DNA from: Octopus vulgaris
Taxonomy: Eukaryota
Reading direction: 5' to 3'
NCBI GenBank assembly: GCA_951406725.2
Contig: OX597829.1
Location: 16,182,001-16,246,000 of the forward strand
DNA: 64,000 nucleotides
A model generated the notes under the pieces. That model worked only from the letters and a program-made list of their open reading frames with translations, made no database searches and was not told the DNA's origin. Each line of letters starts with the position of its first letter. Position 1 is the first letter of the stretch. Below, one piece after another: positions 63,261 through 64,000 of this stretch. The position numbers were made by a program, and so were the translations under genes.

Positions 63261-64000
63261 AGTTAAGATGTTTCGCCTTACTGGCACTTGTGCCCCGTGC
63301 TAGTAGGGTGCTAAGAGCACCGTCCGAGCGTGATCGTTGCCAGAGCGACAAACTGGCTTCCGTGCCAGTGGCATGTAGGAGGCACCATTCGAGTGGGATC
63401 ATTACCAGCATCACCTTACTGGCACCTGTGCCATTGGCATGTGTAAAAAAAATTTCGAGCAAGGTCGTTGCCAGTACTGCCTGACTGATCCACGTGCCGG
63501 TGGCACGTAAAAGCACCCACTACACTCTCAGAGTGGTTGGCGTTAGGAAGGGCATCCAGCTGTAGAAACTCTGCCAGATCAAGATTGGAGCCTGGTGCAG
63601 CTATCTGGTTCGCCAGCCCTCAGTCAAACCGTCCAACCAATGCTATCATCATCATCTTTTAATGTCTATTTTCTATGCTGCTCTAGATTGGAGGGTCCAA
63701 CAAGATCCAATAGGCCAGAGCCCTAATCCAGCACACCTATGATAAAAGATATTCCAGCAGTGAACATCCCATCTTATATTCAGGCATAGTGTATCTAGGA
63801 CTACATTATCTAAGGTGCTATTTGTTGCTGCTTTTACTGTATAATTGCAGGTGACCTTTGCTCCAACATCTAGCAGATATGAAAATTAAAATGATCTAAG
63901 TATTCTTTTATCTTTTGCTTATTTCAGTCACTGGACTGTGGTCATGCTGGAGCATTGTTTTGAAGGTTTTCTTCAAGCTTCTAAGTTACAAGGATGTAAG

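Overview
This is AT-rich, repeat-dense eukaryotic DNA with no convincing host-gene exon chain, so it is most likely intronic or intergenic. The SINE families resemble those I recall from octopus genomes; that is inference from memory, not a database result. The window is a mosaic of three to four tRNA-headed SINE families, many RTE-clade LINE remnants, two 5'-truncated Dong/R4 retrotransposons inside (TAA)n tracts (one with an uninterrupted 468-codon frame), a Hero-like fragment, an internally deleted mariner with both TIRs, a maT-like transposase fragment, four non-autonomous Helitrons, several MITEs and abundant microsatellites. Nearly all short ORFs in the track are translations of repeats. 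Two signals stand out. First, about ten short Penelope-type elements carry minimal hammerhead-ribozyme folds with different catalytic cores: canonical C3-G8, apparently compensatory U3-A8 and G3-C8, U4C, and a family-fixed A6U. Second, a near-perfect 205-bp inverted duplication at 38264-38759 looks like a replication template switch. Repeat boundaries were read by eye and are approximate unless a TSD or TIR is quoted.
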